DNA from: Clostridia bacterium
GTDB lineage: Bacteria > Bacillota > Clostridia > Oscillospirales > Acutalibacteraceae
Assembly (NCBI GenBank): GCA_017452785.1
Contig: JAFTLT010000045.1
Location: forward strand, 757 to 64,756
DNA: 64,000 nt
Reading direction: 5' to 3'
This document shows positions 45,352 through 55,109 of the stretch, one piece after another (positions within the stretch are counted from its first letter, which is position 1; every line of letters starts with the position of its first letter). The notes under the pieces were generated by a model. The model did no database searches and was not told the origin of the DNA. It saw nothing but the letters and a program-made list of their open reading frames with translations. Position numbers and translations under genes: made by a program.

Positions 45352-45380
45352 ATTATATATCAGCATAATATAAAAGTCAA
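45352..45380 (-). promoter_or_regulatory. Sigma-A promoter of the 30-aa mini-gene
   Basis: Minus strand: TTGACT, 17-nt spacer, TATAAT. Confidence 0.65.
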
Positions 45381-45485
45381 TAGTTTATTCAAAAATATTT
45401 AATATTTATTACCTGTTTTCCTCTTGTACAAAGCACTACCCTTTTCGTCAGCCGTTCTGCACTCAGCACTCTGCGTTCTACACTT

Positions 45486-45510
45486 AAAAAGGCTACCCTT
45501 GCGGATAGCC
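45486..45510 (-). terminator. Intrinsic terminator after the Cys-rich protein gene
   Basis: Minus-strand GGCTATCC-gcaa-GGGTAGCC followed by TTTTT. Confidence 0.7.
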
Positions 45511-45524
45511 TTTTAGCTTTTCAA

Positions 45525-46010
45525 TTACTGGATTGAACCGAGAACCTCGTCAAGTCTGAGGAATTCGAAGATGCTGTTGAAGAAATTATCAAATACATCT
45601 GAAATTCTCTTAAGAATCTTCTGGAAGCCACTGATGAAATCATCCTGTGCGTCTTCTACTGCATCCTCATCAACAGGTCCGAAAATGGAACCGCTGCCAG
45701 TGTTTTCATTGTTGGGGTCACAGCAATCGCAACCACAGCCGCAGGGGAAAATGCCTGTGCAATATGCGCAGCAGAGTGAACCGTCATATGTACCGTCTGC
45801 ATTGCCGTCTTTAGCACATGATGTGAGATAAGACTTATCAATGTTGGGGCAAAGAACACAGCAGTGACATGAACCTAAAGGTGCAGCTTTGTGATCGTCA
45901 CATGTGCATTTGTCAGTAACAACAGGCTCCTCAACTACAACTGCAAAAGCCATTGTGCCCATTGCAAAAACCATAGCAACCGCTAAAAGAATTGAAATTA
46001 CTTTTTTCAT
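45525..46010 (-). CDS. Secreted Cys-rich protein (15 Cys in 63 aa) with an acidic linker and a C-terminal aromatic amphipathic helix
   Basis: Signal peptide MKKVISILLAVAMVFAMGTMAFA. The core is CTCDDHKAAPLGSCHCCVLCP...LCCAYCTGIFPCGCGCDCC and the tail is FISGFQKILKRISDVFDNFFNSIFEFLRLDEVLGSIQ. It has its own TTGACT-17-TATAAT promoter. Confidence 0.7.
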   Translation of the reverse strand: MKKVISILLAVAMVFAMGTMAFAVVVEEPVVTDKCTCDDHKAAPLGSCHCCVLCPNIDKSYLTSCAKDGNADGTYDGSLCCAYCTGIFPCGCGCDCCDPNNENTGSGSIFGPVDEDAVEDAQDDFISGFQKILKRISDVFDNFFNSIFEFLRLDEVLGSIQ

Positions 46011-46097
46011 TGGAATCTCCTCCTAAATTTTGGCGGAAAGTATAAGCCGCCTTTATAGATACATTATAGTAAATAAAACAGCAAAAGTCAAGACGCA

Positions 46098-46137
46098 ATA
46101 AAAAAAATCAGGAATTCCAAAAAAGAATTCCTGATTT
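46098..46137 (-). terminator. Intrinsic terminator after the 637-aa gene
   Basis: Minus-strand AATCAGGAATTC-tttttt-GGAATTCCTGATT followed by TTTTTTT. Confidence 0.8.
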
Positions 46138-46140
46138 ATA

Positions 46141-48054
46141 TTAAACTCTAACCGTATTACTGTATCCGCCATAGCCGGTTACACCGTCATCCTTACGGAG
46201 TGTTCTTATTCTGAAGCGATATGTACCGTCAGCTTTTAGACCCTCAACTGTGTATGAAAGAGTATCACTGTCAACAGTCTGAACCTTGATAAGCTCATCG
46301 CCTGAAACTCTGTAGATAACATAATGGGTTGCACCGCTTACTTTATCCCATGACAGCTTGACCTTGCTGCCTGTCTGCTTTGCTGTCAGTTCTGCCGCCT
46401 TAGGGCCTGCAACACCTGTTATATATGAAGGCTCACTGCTATAATATTCCGAGCCTACCTTTGCAGTGGCATGAACCTTGAATTTATAGCTTCTGCCTGC
46501 CGTGAGCTTGAAGGTATATGAGGTTTCATCTGTAACGGCAACCTTTTTATAGCTTTCGCTCTCACTGTCATATCTGTAAATAGAGTACTGTGTTGCTCCG
46601 CTGACCTTTTTCCACGCAAGACCCAATTTGCCGGAGGTGGAATAATTCTGCTTAAGAGCTGTAACCTTATCGGGTACAACAGTAATTGTCACACTGCTTT
46701 TAACTTCACCCTTATCGGCAGCCGTGCAGGTGATTTTAACTGTGCCGTACTTTTTAGCTGTCACCTTACCCTTTGAGTTGACCACTGCAACAGAGGTGTC
46801 GGAGCTTTTCCATGTGAGAGTGCCGTCGGTTACATCGGCAGGCTCAACAGCAGCCTTGATCACCGCACTGTCACCCTTGGCAATTTTTGCAGGAGCATCA
46901 AGCTCAACGGCTTTTGCGAAAACAATTTCCTCAGCCTCAAGAACCTCAAAGTGATAGTCTTCACTTGCTATTTTCCAACCTGAAACCAATGAATTTGCAG
47001 CATATACTCTTGCAGAATATCTGCCTGCTTCATCGATTGTAATTGTCTTTGCTCTTTTATTTTTGCTGACGGTATATTTCTGAACTATGTCGCCGTCTTC
47101 ATTATAAATATAAAGCCAATATTTGCCTGCGCCGCAGTATTCACGCCATGAAAGAGGAATTTCTTCGCCCACAGTGTATATCTCAGTTTTATTTTCAAAG
47201 TCAGGCTCTTCAATTTTTCCGCCTAAATATTCAGCGTAGTTGAGAGCACACCAGCCAACAGTGTTTCCAAAAAGGATTTTGCCCCAAAGGTATTCACCGT
47301 CATCATATTTGTCATAAACCTTAAACTTGGTTCCGTCATATATTTTATCAACAACATTTGAATCTGTTGTGTGCTCTGCTCTGACATTGAGAGTTGCACC
47401 AACCATTTTCCAATCCTCGTGAGGATCGTTTTTTGCTATGTCGGTTTCTTCCGTGTCTTCAGGCTTAATTGAATCAGTGTTTTTATAGAAATAAAGGTCT
47501 GTGTTTTTTCTGTTGTTGCCCTCAAGTCTGTAAACATAGCTGAAGCCCTGAATATCTGATATATCCATAACGCCCCAACGAATCTGACATCTGCCGACCC
47601 AGTTGCAGTCCGTGAAAGAAATCTTATTGCCGCTGACACCTGTAACACAAAGTGAGTGACCGTTCCAGCGGTAGCGGATAATATCACCGACACGCAGTGA
47701 AGAAGCCTTAAGGCTTGTCACCTTTACGAAATTATTTCTGGGCATTATGCCGGTGATTTCATAAGCTATTTTATGGGCGTACCCCATACACTGAATTGCA
47801 TTGTCGAAATTATTGCAGTCACACGATTTATTCCATGCACAGCTGCCATGACTTGCGCAGGGTGTGGATGTTACACCGTCAGGGTTGTTTTTGCCTTTAT
47901 CAACGTTATTCCAATATTTGCCGTTCGGGAATTTTTCAACTAATGAAGCTAATATAGTGAGAGTGTCGTCAGCAGCATTACCGACAAAGCTGACACTCAT
48001 CGCAGGCATAATAACCAAAAGGGCAAGAAGCAGGCATAAAAGTTTTTTAAACAT
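46141..48054 (-). CDS. Secreted multidomain protein: N-terminal papain-fold Cys/His hydrolase-like domain (CHAP/NlpC-P60-like), SH3b, Big_2 and two Fn3 domains
   Basis: Signal peptide. Candidate nucleophile context AIQCMGYAHKIA with a downstream NGHSLCV. An SH3b-like block (LNVRAEHTTDSNVVDKIYDGTKFKV...GWCALNY), a Big_2 block (LTWKSSDTSVAVVNSKGKVTAKKYG), and two W.KVSGAT.Y.IYR Fn3 modules. Confidence 0.6.
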   Translation of the reverse strand: MFKKLLCLLLALLVIMPAMSVSFVGNAADDTLTILASLVEKFPNGKYWNNVDKGKNNPDGVTSTPCASHGSCAWNKSCDCNNFDNAIQCMGYAHKIAYEITGIMPRNNFVKVTSLKASSLRVGDIIRYRWNGHSLCVTGVSGNKISFTDCNWVGRCQIRWGVMDISDIQGFSYVYRLEGNNRKNTDLYFYKNTDSIKPEDTEETDIAKNDPHEDWKMVGATLNVRAEHTTDSNVVDKIYDGTKFKVYDKYDDGEYLWGKILFGNTVGWCALNYAEYLGGKIEEPDFENKTEIYTVGEEIPLSWREYCGAGKYWLYIYNEDGDIVQKYTVSKNKRAKTITIDEAGRYSARVYAANSLVSGWKIASEDYHFEVLEAEEIVFAKAVELDAPAKIAKGDSAVIKAAVEPADVTDGTLTWKSSDTSVAVVNSKGKVTAKKYGTVKITCTAADKGEVKSSVTITVVPDKVTALKQNYSTSGKLGLAWKKVSGATQYSIYRYDSESESYKKVAVTDETSYTFKLTAGRSYKFKVHATAKVGSEYYSSEPSYITGVAGPKAAELTAKQTGSKVKLSWDKVSGATHYVIYRVSGDELIKVQTVDSDTLSYTVEGLKADGTYRFRIRTLRKDDGVTGYGGYSNTVRV

Positions 48055-48203
48055 CTTGTTTCTCCTTAGTGTCCGTTGTTTACTGTAATATTTATTACAA
48101 CTTTGTAATTTTTCTTTTCATATAATAGCACATCTTGACAGAAAAAGCAACCCCGGTGCTAAATATAGTTGTTGCCTATTTGTTAAGTAGCTGTTAAATC
48201 TCA

Positions 48204-48725
48204 TTAAACAGTGAGTCTGACAAAAAAAGCAGACAGCACAAGGCTGAGGAAATCAGCTGTGAGCCCTGCCATTAGAGTGTGACGAGTATTTTTTATGCCG
48301 ATTGCAGAATAATAAACCGTAACCGCATAAAGTGTTGTGTCTGTTGAGCCCATAACAACACTTGCAACCTGACCTATAAAGGAATCCGGCCCATGAGTTT
48401 TCAGCACACTTTCAAAAAGCGTAAGTGAACCGCCGCCTGAAATGGGACTTAGCAGTGCCATAGGTGTTATTTCATCGGGTACACCAAAAAGAGATGTAAC
48501 AGGAGCAAATAATGCCGACACAATTTCCATTGCTCCGCTTTCTTTAAGCATTGTCACTGCAACCACAAGTCCCGTTATGCTCGGAAGCAGCTCATAAACA
48601 GTGTGAAGTCCCTTTCTAGCCCCCGACATAAAGCAGTCAAAAACTTTAACCTTCTTCACAAGACCGAAAAGAACGATGCCCACCACCATAACGGGCAATA
48701 TGTAGCTGCCGAAATTATCAGGCAT
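48204..48725 (-). CDS. spmB: Spore maturation protein B (nucleoside-recognition-domain membrane protein)
   Basis: Polytopic ~173 aa protein paired with and overlapping spmA. ATG at 48725 follows AAAGGAG. Confidence 0.75.
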   Translation of the reverse strand: MPDNFGSYILPVMVVGIVLFGLVKKVKVFDCFMSGARKGLHTVYELLPSITGLVVAVTMLKESGAMEIVSALFAPVTSLFGVPDEITPMALLSPISGGGSLTLFESVLKTHGPDSFIGQVASVVMGSTDTTLYAVTVYYSAIGIKNTRHTLMAGLTADFLSLVLSAFFVRLTV

Positions 48726-48726
48726 A

Positions 48727-49332
48727 TTATGCACTCCTTTGTTTGCAGTCTTGACTGCTTTTTACCCTGTTGCCGATTTTTGCCACGGCAATTGCTGCTG
48801 CAAGCGCACAAAATGAGGTTAGAAAAGCTGCAGGCATTATTTCCATTGGCTTTGCACTGCCGTATTGACCTCTCATTGTGGCAACGGTTGTGGGGATAAT
48901 ATGCATTGCCGCCGTATTCATAACAACAAAAACAACCATCTCATTGCTTGCCACTGTTTTGTTTTCATTTATATCCTGAAGCCGTCTCATAGCCTCAAGA
49001 CCCAGTGGTGTTGCCGCATTACCGAGGCCGAGAATATTTGCCGTTATGTTCATGGAAATTGCTTCAAGGGCATATTTTTCTTTTCTCAGGCGTGGAAAAA
49101 TCATACCAACAATCGGTGACATAAGCCTTGAAAATACCTTTGTCATGCCCGACTGCTCAGCTATTTCCATAACACCCCCCCAAAGGCAAAGCATAGAGAC
49201 AAGTCTTAAAAGCAGCTGCACTGCACTTTCAGCTCCGTCAATTACAGCAGAAGACAGTGCATCAATTCTGCCCGTGGCAACTGCTGAGATAAAAGACAAT
49301 AGCAACAAAACCGGAAAAACATAGTTCATCAT
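48727..49332 (-). CDS. spmA: Spore maturation protein A
   Basis: Polytopic protein with the Gate-domain motif ANILGLGNAATPLGLEAM, immediately upstream of spmB. Confidence 0.75.
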   Translation of the reverse strand: MMNYVFPVLLLLSFISAVATGRIDALSSAVIDGAESAVQLLLRLVSMLCLWGGVMEIAEQSGMTKVFSRLMSPIVGMIFPRLRKEKYALEAISMNITANILGLGNAATPLGLEAMRRLQDINENKTVASNEMVVFVVMNTAAMHIIPTTVATMRGQYGSAKPMEIMPAAFLTSFCALAAAIAVAKIGNRVKSSQDCKQRSA

Positions 49333-49389
49333 AAAAATCACCTGAAATAATATATGTTATTTCCCCTTTATAAATGACAAGACCGCCCT

Positions 49390-51072
49390 TTAATCAAGGC
49401 GGTCAATGCTTACATATTCAATTTTCCATTGCCCTTTCACGGGGTCTTTTTCTTTGCTGTAATCACAGTAAACAGCAGTGTTTTCGCTATAGAGTATACC
49501 TACGCTTCTCAATTCACCCTTTTTAAGAGGTACTGCTTGACTGAGATGCTGTTTTAACCTTCTGAGTCTTTCATCTTTAATCTTAAGGCAAGAGGGCAGA
49601 ATATCAGAATTATTTGTAGAAAGTCTGTCGAGCAGCATAAGGTCACGAAGTCTGATTTTGTCAACTCCCCTGATAAGAGAGAAGTACTCATAAGCAAGGC
49701 AGGTGTATTTATCCAGAGCAATGCTCCCCTTTTCGTCTTTGCTTATAAGAAATTCACCAAAACCGAGAAACAGCTCATAAGGCGGCATAAATCTTGTCAC
49801 ATAGCTGAGGGTACGTGGAAACCTTGCGCTGTTATATAAGCGTTCAAGCTCATTTTCACATATATGCAAAAGAGAAAGCTCATCTTTAGTTATATAAGGT
49901 GTTGATACAACCTCATAGGGCGGCTCACTGCTATAGGTACAGGGGAACTCCTCTTTGTTTTCGGCCATAGGTGAACCGTGAAGCACCTTAAGAAAGCCCA
50001 GCTGAAGCATATGGGCTCCTATTTTATAGGCTCTGTCAAAACCTGCAACAAAGCTGTCATAGCCCTCTTCGGGAAGGCCTGCAATAAGGTCGATATGCAC
50101 ATGGCAATTGCCGTATGAAAGAAGTCTCTTGACATTTTTTTCGACTAAATCTGTGTTGGTCTTTCGGTTTATTTTTTTGAGAGTGTTTTCATTAAAGGAC
50201 TGAATTCCCACCTCAAACTGCACTGCCCCATTCGGCAGAGTAGCAATAACCTCAAAGAGCTCCTCAGTGAGAATATCAGCAGCAATTTCAAAATGGAAAC
50301 AGACTCCCGACGGGATTTTTCTGCCGTATTCTTCTTTTATAAAAGATAGTATTTCACCGGCACGCTTGCTGTTGCAGTTAAAGGTTCTGTCAACAAACTT
50401 GATTGTTTTTGCGCCCTTTGAAGCCAGAATAAGCATTTCATTTTTAACTCTGTCAAGAGGCAGAAATCTCACCTTACCACACCTGCCCGAAAGACAAAAG
50501 GCGCAGCTGAAAGGGCAACCTCTGCTGCTTTCAATATAGGCAATTCTTGTGCCGAGGCTCTCAAAATATTCCTCACAGTAAGGCGACACTGTTTTTTCAA
50601 AATCGGCAGGCTCACCGTCTGAGATAACCAAAGTGTCACCCTCACGAAAGGAAACACCACTGATTAAAGGCTTATTATCATTTAAAAGTGCCTTAAGCAG
50701 TAACGGCATTGTCATTTCACCCTCACCGCTGAGCACATAGTCGACAAAGGAATTTTCTTTAAGTATTTTTTTCTGACAGTAAGATACCTCAGGACCTCCA
50801 AGAGCAATTACAACTCCCTTACTTTTGAGCATGTTGCAAAGCTCAAGGGTCTTTTTAATATTCCATATATAGCAGGAAAAGGAAACAAAATCAGGTTTTT
50901 CCCTTATAATTCTGTCATAAACTGCCTTTATATCTTCATTCACCGTACCCTCAAGCACCTTGATTTCACAAGGCAGCTTTTCATTTTTGCAGGCTGTGAA
51001 AAGGCAGCAAGGCGCAAGGGATGCGTGTATGTATTTTGAATTGAGAGTGCAGAAAAGAGCTTTGCTTATCAT
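49390..51072 (-). CDS. B12-binding-domain radical SAM protein (DUF4080 C-terminal type)
   Basis: An N-terminal Rossmann-like cobalamin-binding region and the rSAM triad SSRGCPFSCAFCLS; 560 aa. Confidence 0.8.
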   Translation of the reverse strand: MISKALFCTLNSKYIHASLAPCCLFTACKNEKLPCEIKVLEGTVNEDIKAVYDRIIREKPDFVSFSCYIWNIKKTLELCNMLKSKGVVIALGGPEVSYCQKKILKENSFVDYVLSGEGEMTMPLLLKALLNDNKPLISGVSFREGDTLVISDGEPADFEKTVSPYCEEYFESLGTRIAYIESSRGCPFSCAFCLSGRCGKVRFLPLDRVKNEMLILASKGAKTIKFVDRTFNCNSKRAGEILSFIKEEYGRKIPSGVCFHFEIAADILTEELFEVIATLPNGAVQFEVGIQSFNENTLKKINRKTNTDLVEKNVKRLLSYGNCHVHIDLIAGLPEEGYDSFVAGFDRAYKIGAHMLQLGFLKVLHGSPMAENKEEFPCTYSSEPPYEVVSTPYITKDELSLLHICENELERLYNSARFPRTLSYVTRFMPPYELFLGFGEFLISKDEKGSIALDKYTCLAYEYFSLIRGVDKIRLRDLMLLDRLSTNNSDILPSCLKIKDERLRRLKQHLSQAVPLKKGELRSVGILYSENTAVYCDYSKEKDPVKGQWKIEYVSIDRLD

Positions 51073-52193
51073 ACAGGTGTCACCATTTCTTTTGTTGTCA
51101 GACCCGGATTAAGACTTTCAAACAGCTCAACTGCCAAAGGATAGTCATCAAAGCTTTTCTTTTCCATAAAGCGTTTTTTCAGGTGAAGCATAAGTCCGTC
51201 TTTTTCCTGCTGGAGAGCTTCTTCTCGCTCCTTCTGCAGAATAAGCTCTTTTTCATATTCTGCCTTGACAGCAGAAACAAACTCATTTTCATCATATATC
51301 TTCGCTTTCTCAACACCGAGAATATGTGCAACCTGTTCAATCTGCAACACCGTGTCGGCAGAGTACCTTTTAACCATAACCCTGAAAGTGTCAGGCTCGA
51401 AATAGAAAATGTTGCCAAGCAGATATGAAAAAGCCTTCCTCGTGTCGAGATAACCCAGCTTTATGCGTCTGTCAATAACCTCCTCGTCAAAATCAAATGC
51501 AGCGCCAAGATCGTCCATATCATAGGGTCTTATATGCACAACCTCACTGTTAAGATAGTTAAGATTATGAGCCACACCCTTTATATTTGAAATATCAACA
51601 ATAATCAGGCGGTTATATCCTCTCTTTTTAAGTGTCATAAGAGGCGTATTATCATAGGCTCCGCCGTCAAGGAACTTTTCACCCTCAGGGCCTATGTTTG
51701 TTGCAAGAGGAATATTTGCCGAGGCAAGCAGATAGTCAACAAGCTGTCCGTCGGGAATTTCGTGAATGAATATTTCTCTCGGCACAACACCCTGTGTCAT
51801 CTGCACTGCAATTATTCCGAGAGCAACTCCACTGTCCCTTACCTTTTTTTCGTCTATATATCCTGCAACAAATTCCTCAGCAGGTGAAGCATCAATACCC
51901 TTGTTTTTTATTACCTCTTTGAAGATTACTCCCCAATTTTTTCTTGAGAAGAGATTTTCTGTATCGGGCAGATTTTTTGCAAACTTAACGCCCTTATCAA
52001 CAGATATATTGTGCCAGAATTTATTGGCTTTGTCATAATCATCACTTGCAATAAGTGCACCGTTAATTGCACCTATTGATGCACCTGCAACAGCCTCAAA
52101 GGTTATGCCCATCTCTTTCATGGCCTTCCATGCGCCAATCTGATAAGCTCCCTTGCCGCCGCCACCGGCTAAAACAAGACCGTAAGGTTTCAT
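51069..52193 (-). CDS. Patatin-like phospholipase family protein
   Basis: GLVLAGGGGKGAYQIG oxyanion motif, GASIG nucleophile elbow, and DGG(A) Asp motif (FLDGGAYDN). Confidence 0.85.
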   Translation of the reverse strand: MKPYGLVLAGGGGKGAYQIGAWKAMKEMGITFEAVAGASIGAINGALIASDDYDKANKFWHNISVDKGVKFAKNLPDTENLFSRKNWGVIFKEVIKNKGIDASPAEEFVAGYIDEKKVRDSGVALGIIAVQMTQGVVPREIFIHEIPDGQLVDYLLASANIPLATNIGPEGEKFLDGGAYDNTPLMTLKKRGYNRLIIVDISNIKGVAHNLNYLNSEVVHIRPYDMDDLGAAFDFDEEVIDRRIKLGYLDTRKAFSYLLGNIFYFEPDTFRVMVKRYSADTVLQIEQVAHILGVEKAKIYDENEFVSAVKAEYEKELILQKEREEALQQEKDGLMLHLKKRFMEKKSFDDYPLAVELFESLNPGLTTKEMVTPV

Positions 52194-53287
52194 AATATCA
52201 GTTCTCCTATAATAGTGTTTGAAAGCAGAAAGCCTTCTGCCGTCAGAGCAATGCCCTCATCTGTTGCGGTGAGAAGCCCCGTCGGCTCAAATTTTTCTGC
52301 TTTTTTTATTATTCTTTCGTCAATTTCTTTACCGAATTTTCTTTTATATTCACCGAATTTCAGTCCCTCACTGAGACGAAGAGCAAGCATAATATATTCC
52401 TCTTCACTGCCACCGTCACAGTCATAAATCATATCCTCACCTTTTATGAACGCATCAAAATCTCTGCTGTAATAATATCTTTTGCCGCCAAGGAAAGAAT
52501 GTGCCGATGGGCCAATGCCTAAATATTCTTCGCAGTGCCAATATTTTAAATTGTGTCTGCTTTCATAGCCAGAAAGAGCAAAGTTCGATATTTCATAATG
52601 TGAAAATCCACTCTCACAAAGCCTTTCAGCGGTGTGAAGATACATATCACAAACTGTGTCTTCGTCAGGCAGATTAAGGCTGCCTGCAGCCTTATGAAAG
52701 GGAGTGCCCTCCTCAATTTTCAGCATATAGGCACTGATGTGCTTTATCTCTGATGAAATAAGAAAATCTATACTCTCATCAAGGCTTTCCATAGTCTGTG
52801 AAGGCACACCGAGCATAATATCAAGTGAAATATTGTCAATGCCTGCCTTTTTAGCAAAGCTGACAGCTTTTGCGACCTGCTCTTTGCCCGAAAGCCTGCC
52901 GAGAGCTTTTCTTTCATTTTCCACAGCCGATTGCATACCCATTGACACCCGGTTAACTCCTGATGCTTTAATCAGGTGCATAAAATCCTCAGTTACACTA
53001 GACGGGTTGCACTCCACTGTTATTTCAGCTGAAGGAGTCAGCCTATAATTATCTTTTATGCACCTTATGACCTCGCTTATTCTCTCAGCGCCGAAAACAC
53101 TTGGTGTTCCACCGCCGAAATAGATTGTATCTACTTCGTCACTAACAAGATAAGCCTTGTTTTTTAAGCAAAGAAGGACAGCCTTTAAATAGCTGTCCTT
53201 ATCTTTTTCTTGGGCACTAAAGGAATAGAAATCACAGTAAGGACATTTTCTGATGCAAAAGGGTATGTGTATATATATTCCTGTCAT
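52190..53287 (-). CDS. hemW: Radical SAM heme chaperone HemW (oxygen-independent coproporphyrinogen-III-oxidase-like)
   Basis: IYIHIPFCIRKCPYCDFYS and YFGGGTP motifs. ATG at 53287. The track's 442-aa version extends into lepA and is rejected. Confidence 0.88.
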   Translation of the reverse strand: MTGIYIHIPFCIRKCPYCDFYSFSAQEKDKDSYLKAVLLCLKNKAYLVSDEVDTIYFGGGTPSVFGAERISEVIRCIKDNYRLTPSAEITVECNPSSVTEDFMHLIKASGVNRVSMGMQSAVENERKALGRLSGKEQVAKAVSFAKKAGIDNISLDIMLGVPSQTMESLDESIDFLISSEIKHISAYMLKIEEGTPFHKAAGSLNLPDEDTVCDMYLHTAERLCESGFSHYEISNFALSGYESRHNLKYWHCEEYLGIGPSAHSFLGGKRYYYSRDFDAFIKGEDMIYDCDGGSEEEYIMLALRLSEGLKFGEYKRKFGKEIDERIIKKAEKFEPTGLLTATDEGIALTAEGFLLSNTIIGELIL

Positions 53288-53291
53288 ATTA

Positions 53292-55109
53292 TCAGTTATC
53301 GTCGTCAAGCTTGAGCACTGCCATAAATGCCTCCTGAGGCACTTCAACACTGCCGAACTGGCGCATACGTTTTTTACCTTCCTTCTGTTTTTCAAGAAGC
53401 TTTTTCTTTCTTGTGATGTCACCGCCGTAGCACTTGGCAAGAACGTCTTTGCGCATTGCTTTGACAGTTTCACGGGCAATAACCTTTGAGCCGATTGCCA
53501 CCTGAATGGGAATTTCAAACATCTGTCTCGGAATATGCATCTTCAGCTTTTCTGCAATTTTTCTTGCTCTTGACTGAGCCTTTTCAGAGTGGATAATAAA
53601 GCTGAGTGCGTCGATTATATCACCGTTAAGAAGCACATCAACCTTCTGAAGGCTTGAGCGTCTGTATTCGGAAATCTCATAGTCAAAGGAAGCATAACCT
53701 CTTGTGCGTGACTTGAGTGCATCAAAGAAGTCATAGATAATTTCATTAAGAGGCATCTCATAATGAATATCAACTCTGTCAGTAGTGATATACTTCATAT
53801 CCTTAAAGGTGCCTCGTCTGTCCTGACAAAGATCCATAATTGCACCAACATAGTCTGCAGGGGCATAAATGTGAGCGTTTGTTATAGGCTCCTCACAAAA
53901 ATCAATATGAGCAGGGTCGGGATAGTGTGTGGGGTTATCAATCTCAACAACACTGCCGTCATTCATGTGAATTTTATAAACAACTGAAGGAACTGTTGTA
54001 ACGAGATCAAGATTATATTCTCTTTCGAGTCTTTCCTGAATAATCTCAAGGTGAAGCAGTCCGAGGAAACCGCATCGGAAGCCAAAGCCGAGGGCACCTG
54101 AAGTTTCGGGCTCATAAGACAGTGAAGCGTCATTAAGCTGCAGCTTTTCAAGTGACTCTCTGAGTGCTTCATAATCCGCACCGTCGGCAGGGTACACGCC
54201 GCAGTAAACCATAGGGTTAACCTTTCTGTAACCGGGAAGAGGCTCAGAAGCAGGGTTTTGCAGTTTTGTTACGGTGTCACCCACCTTTGCATCACGCACC
54301 GTTTTTATGGAAGCTGTGATATAGCCAACCTCGCCTGCGCTGAGCTCTTTGCATGGCTCAAGACCTGTGGCTCTCATATAGCCAACCTCAACAACATTAA
54401 ACTCAGCACCCGTTGCCATCATCTTCATTGTTTCACCTGCTTTGAGGGTGCCCTGCATAACACGCACATAGACAATAACACCCTTATAATTGTCATAAAC
54501 CGAGTCAAAAATAAGAGCTTTGAGGGGTGCATTATCCTCAGCTTCAGAGGGAGCAGGAATGTCGGCAACAATTCTTTCAAGCACCTCGGCGACGTTTTCG
54601 CCTGTCTTTGCCGATACTCTGGGAGCCATGCTGCAATCAAGACCGATAATTTCTTCAACCTCAGCAGCAACTCTGTCAGGCTCTGCAGCAGGCAGGTCAA
54701 TTTTATTTATAACGGGCACAAGCTCAAGATCGTGGTCAAGGGCAAGATATGTGTTTGCCAGAGTCTGTGCCTCAATGCCCTGAGAAGCGTCAATAATAAG
54801 AATTGCACCCTCACAAGCAGCAAGAGAACGGGAAACCTCATAGTTGAAGTCCACGTGTCCCGGAGTATCAATAAGGTTAAGCTCATAGGTTTCACCGTCT
54901 TTGGCTTTATAGTCCAATTTAACGGCATGAGCCTTTATAGTGATGCCTCTTTCTCTTTCAAGGTCCATATCGTCAAGAATCTGAGCCGACATATCACGCT
55001 TGGCAACAGAATCGGTTATTTCGAGCAATCGGTCAGCAAGAGTAGACTTGCCATGGTCGATATGTGCAATGATAGAAAAGTTTCTTATATTTTCTTTTTT
55101 CTTAGCCAT
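53292..55109 (-). CDS. lepA: Translation elongation factor 4 (LepA)
   Basis: [30 protein letters not shown] and the LepA C-terminal domain. Confidence 0.95.
   Translation of the reverse strand: MAKKKENIRNFSIIAHIDHGKSTLADRLLEITDSVAKRDMSAQILDDMDLERERGITIKAHAVKLDYKAKDGETYELNLIDTPGHVDFNYEVSRSLAACEGAILIIDASQGIEAQTLANTYLALDHDLELVPVINKIDLPAAEPDRVAAEVEEIIGLDCSMAPRVSAKTGENVAEVLERIVADIPAPSEAEDNAPLKALIFDSVYDNYKGVIVYVRVMQGTLKAGETMKMMATGAEFNVVEVGYMRATGLEPCKELSAGEVGYITASIKTVRDAKVGDTVTKLQNPASEPLPGYRKVNPMVYCGVYPADGADYEALRESLEKLQLNDASLSYEPETSGALGFGFRCGFLGLLHLEIIQERLEREYNLDLVTTVPSVVYKIHMNDGSVVEIDNPTHYPDPAHIDFCEEPITNAHIYAPADYVGAIMDLCQDRRGTFKDMKYITTDRVDIHYEMPLNEIIYDFFDALKSRTRGYASFDYEISEYRRSSLQKVDVLLNGDIIDALSFIIHSEKAQSRARKIAEKLKMHIPRQMFEIPIQVAIGSKVIARETVKAMRKDVLAKCYGGDITRKKKLLEKQKEGKKRMRQFGSVEVPQEAFMAVLKLDDDN

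Noticed and set aside
49390-51072. The B12-binding radical SAM enzyme acting as a RiPP maturase for the small peptides
   Set aside because: It lies more than 4 kb from the peptide cluster, separated by spmAB. It is embedded by ATGA overlaps in the lepA-hemW-patatin operon, and it is of the widely conserved DUF4080 type. No RiPP recognition element or transporter is nearby.
52190-53518. The track's long N-terminal extensions: hemW to 53518, pfkB kinase to 25026, spoIIGA from 25118, ecfA2 to 7412, DUF1295 from 32426, and the DUF4430 gene from 33634
   Set aside because: The extensions overlap neighbouring genes or structured RNA and lack SD sequences. Internal starts with good SDs give N-termini that match the known families.
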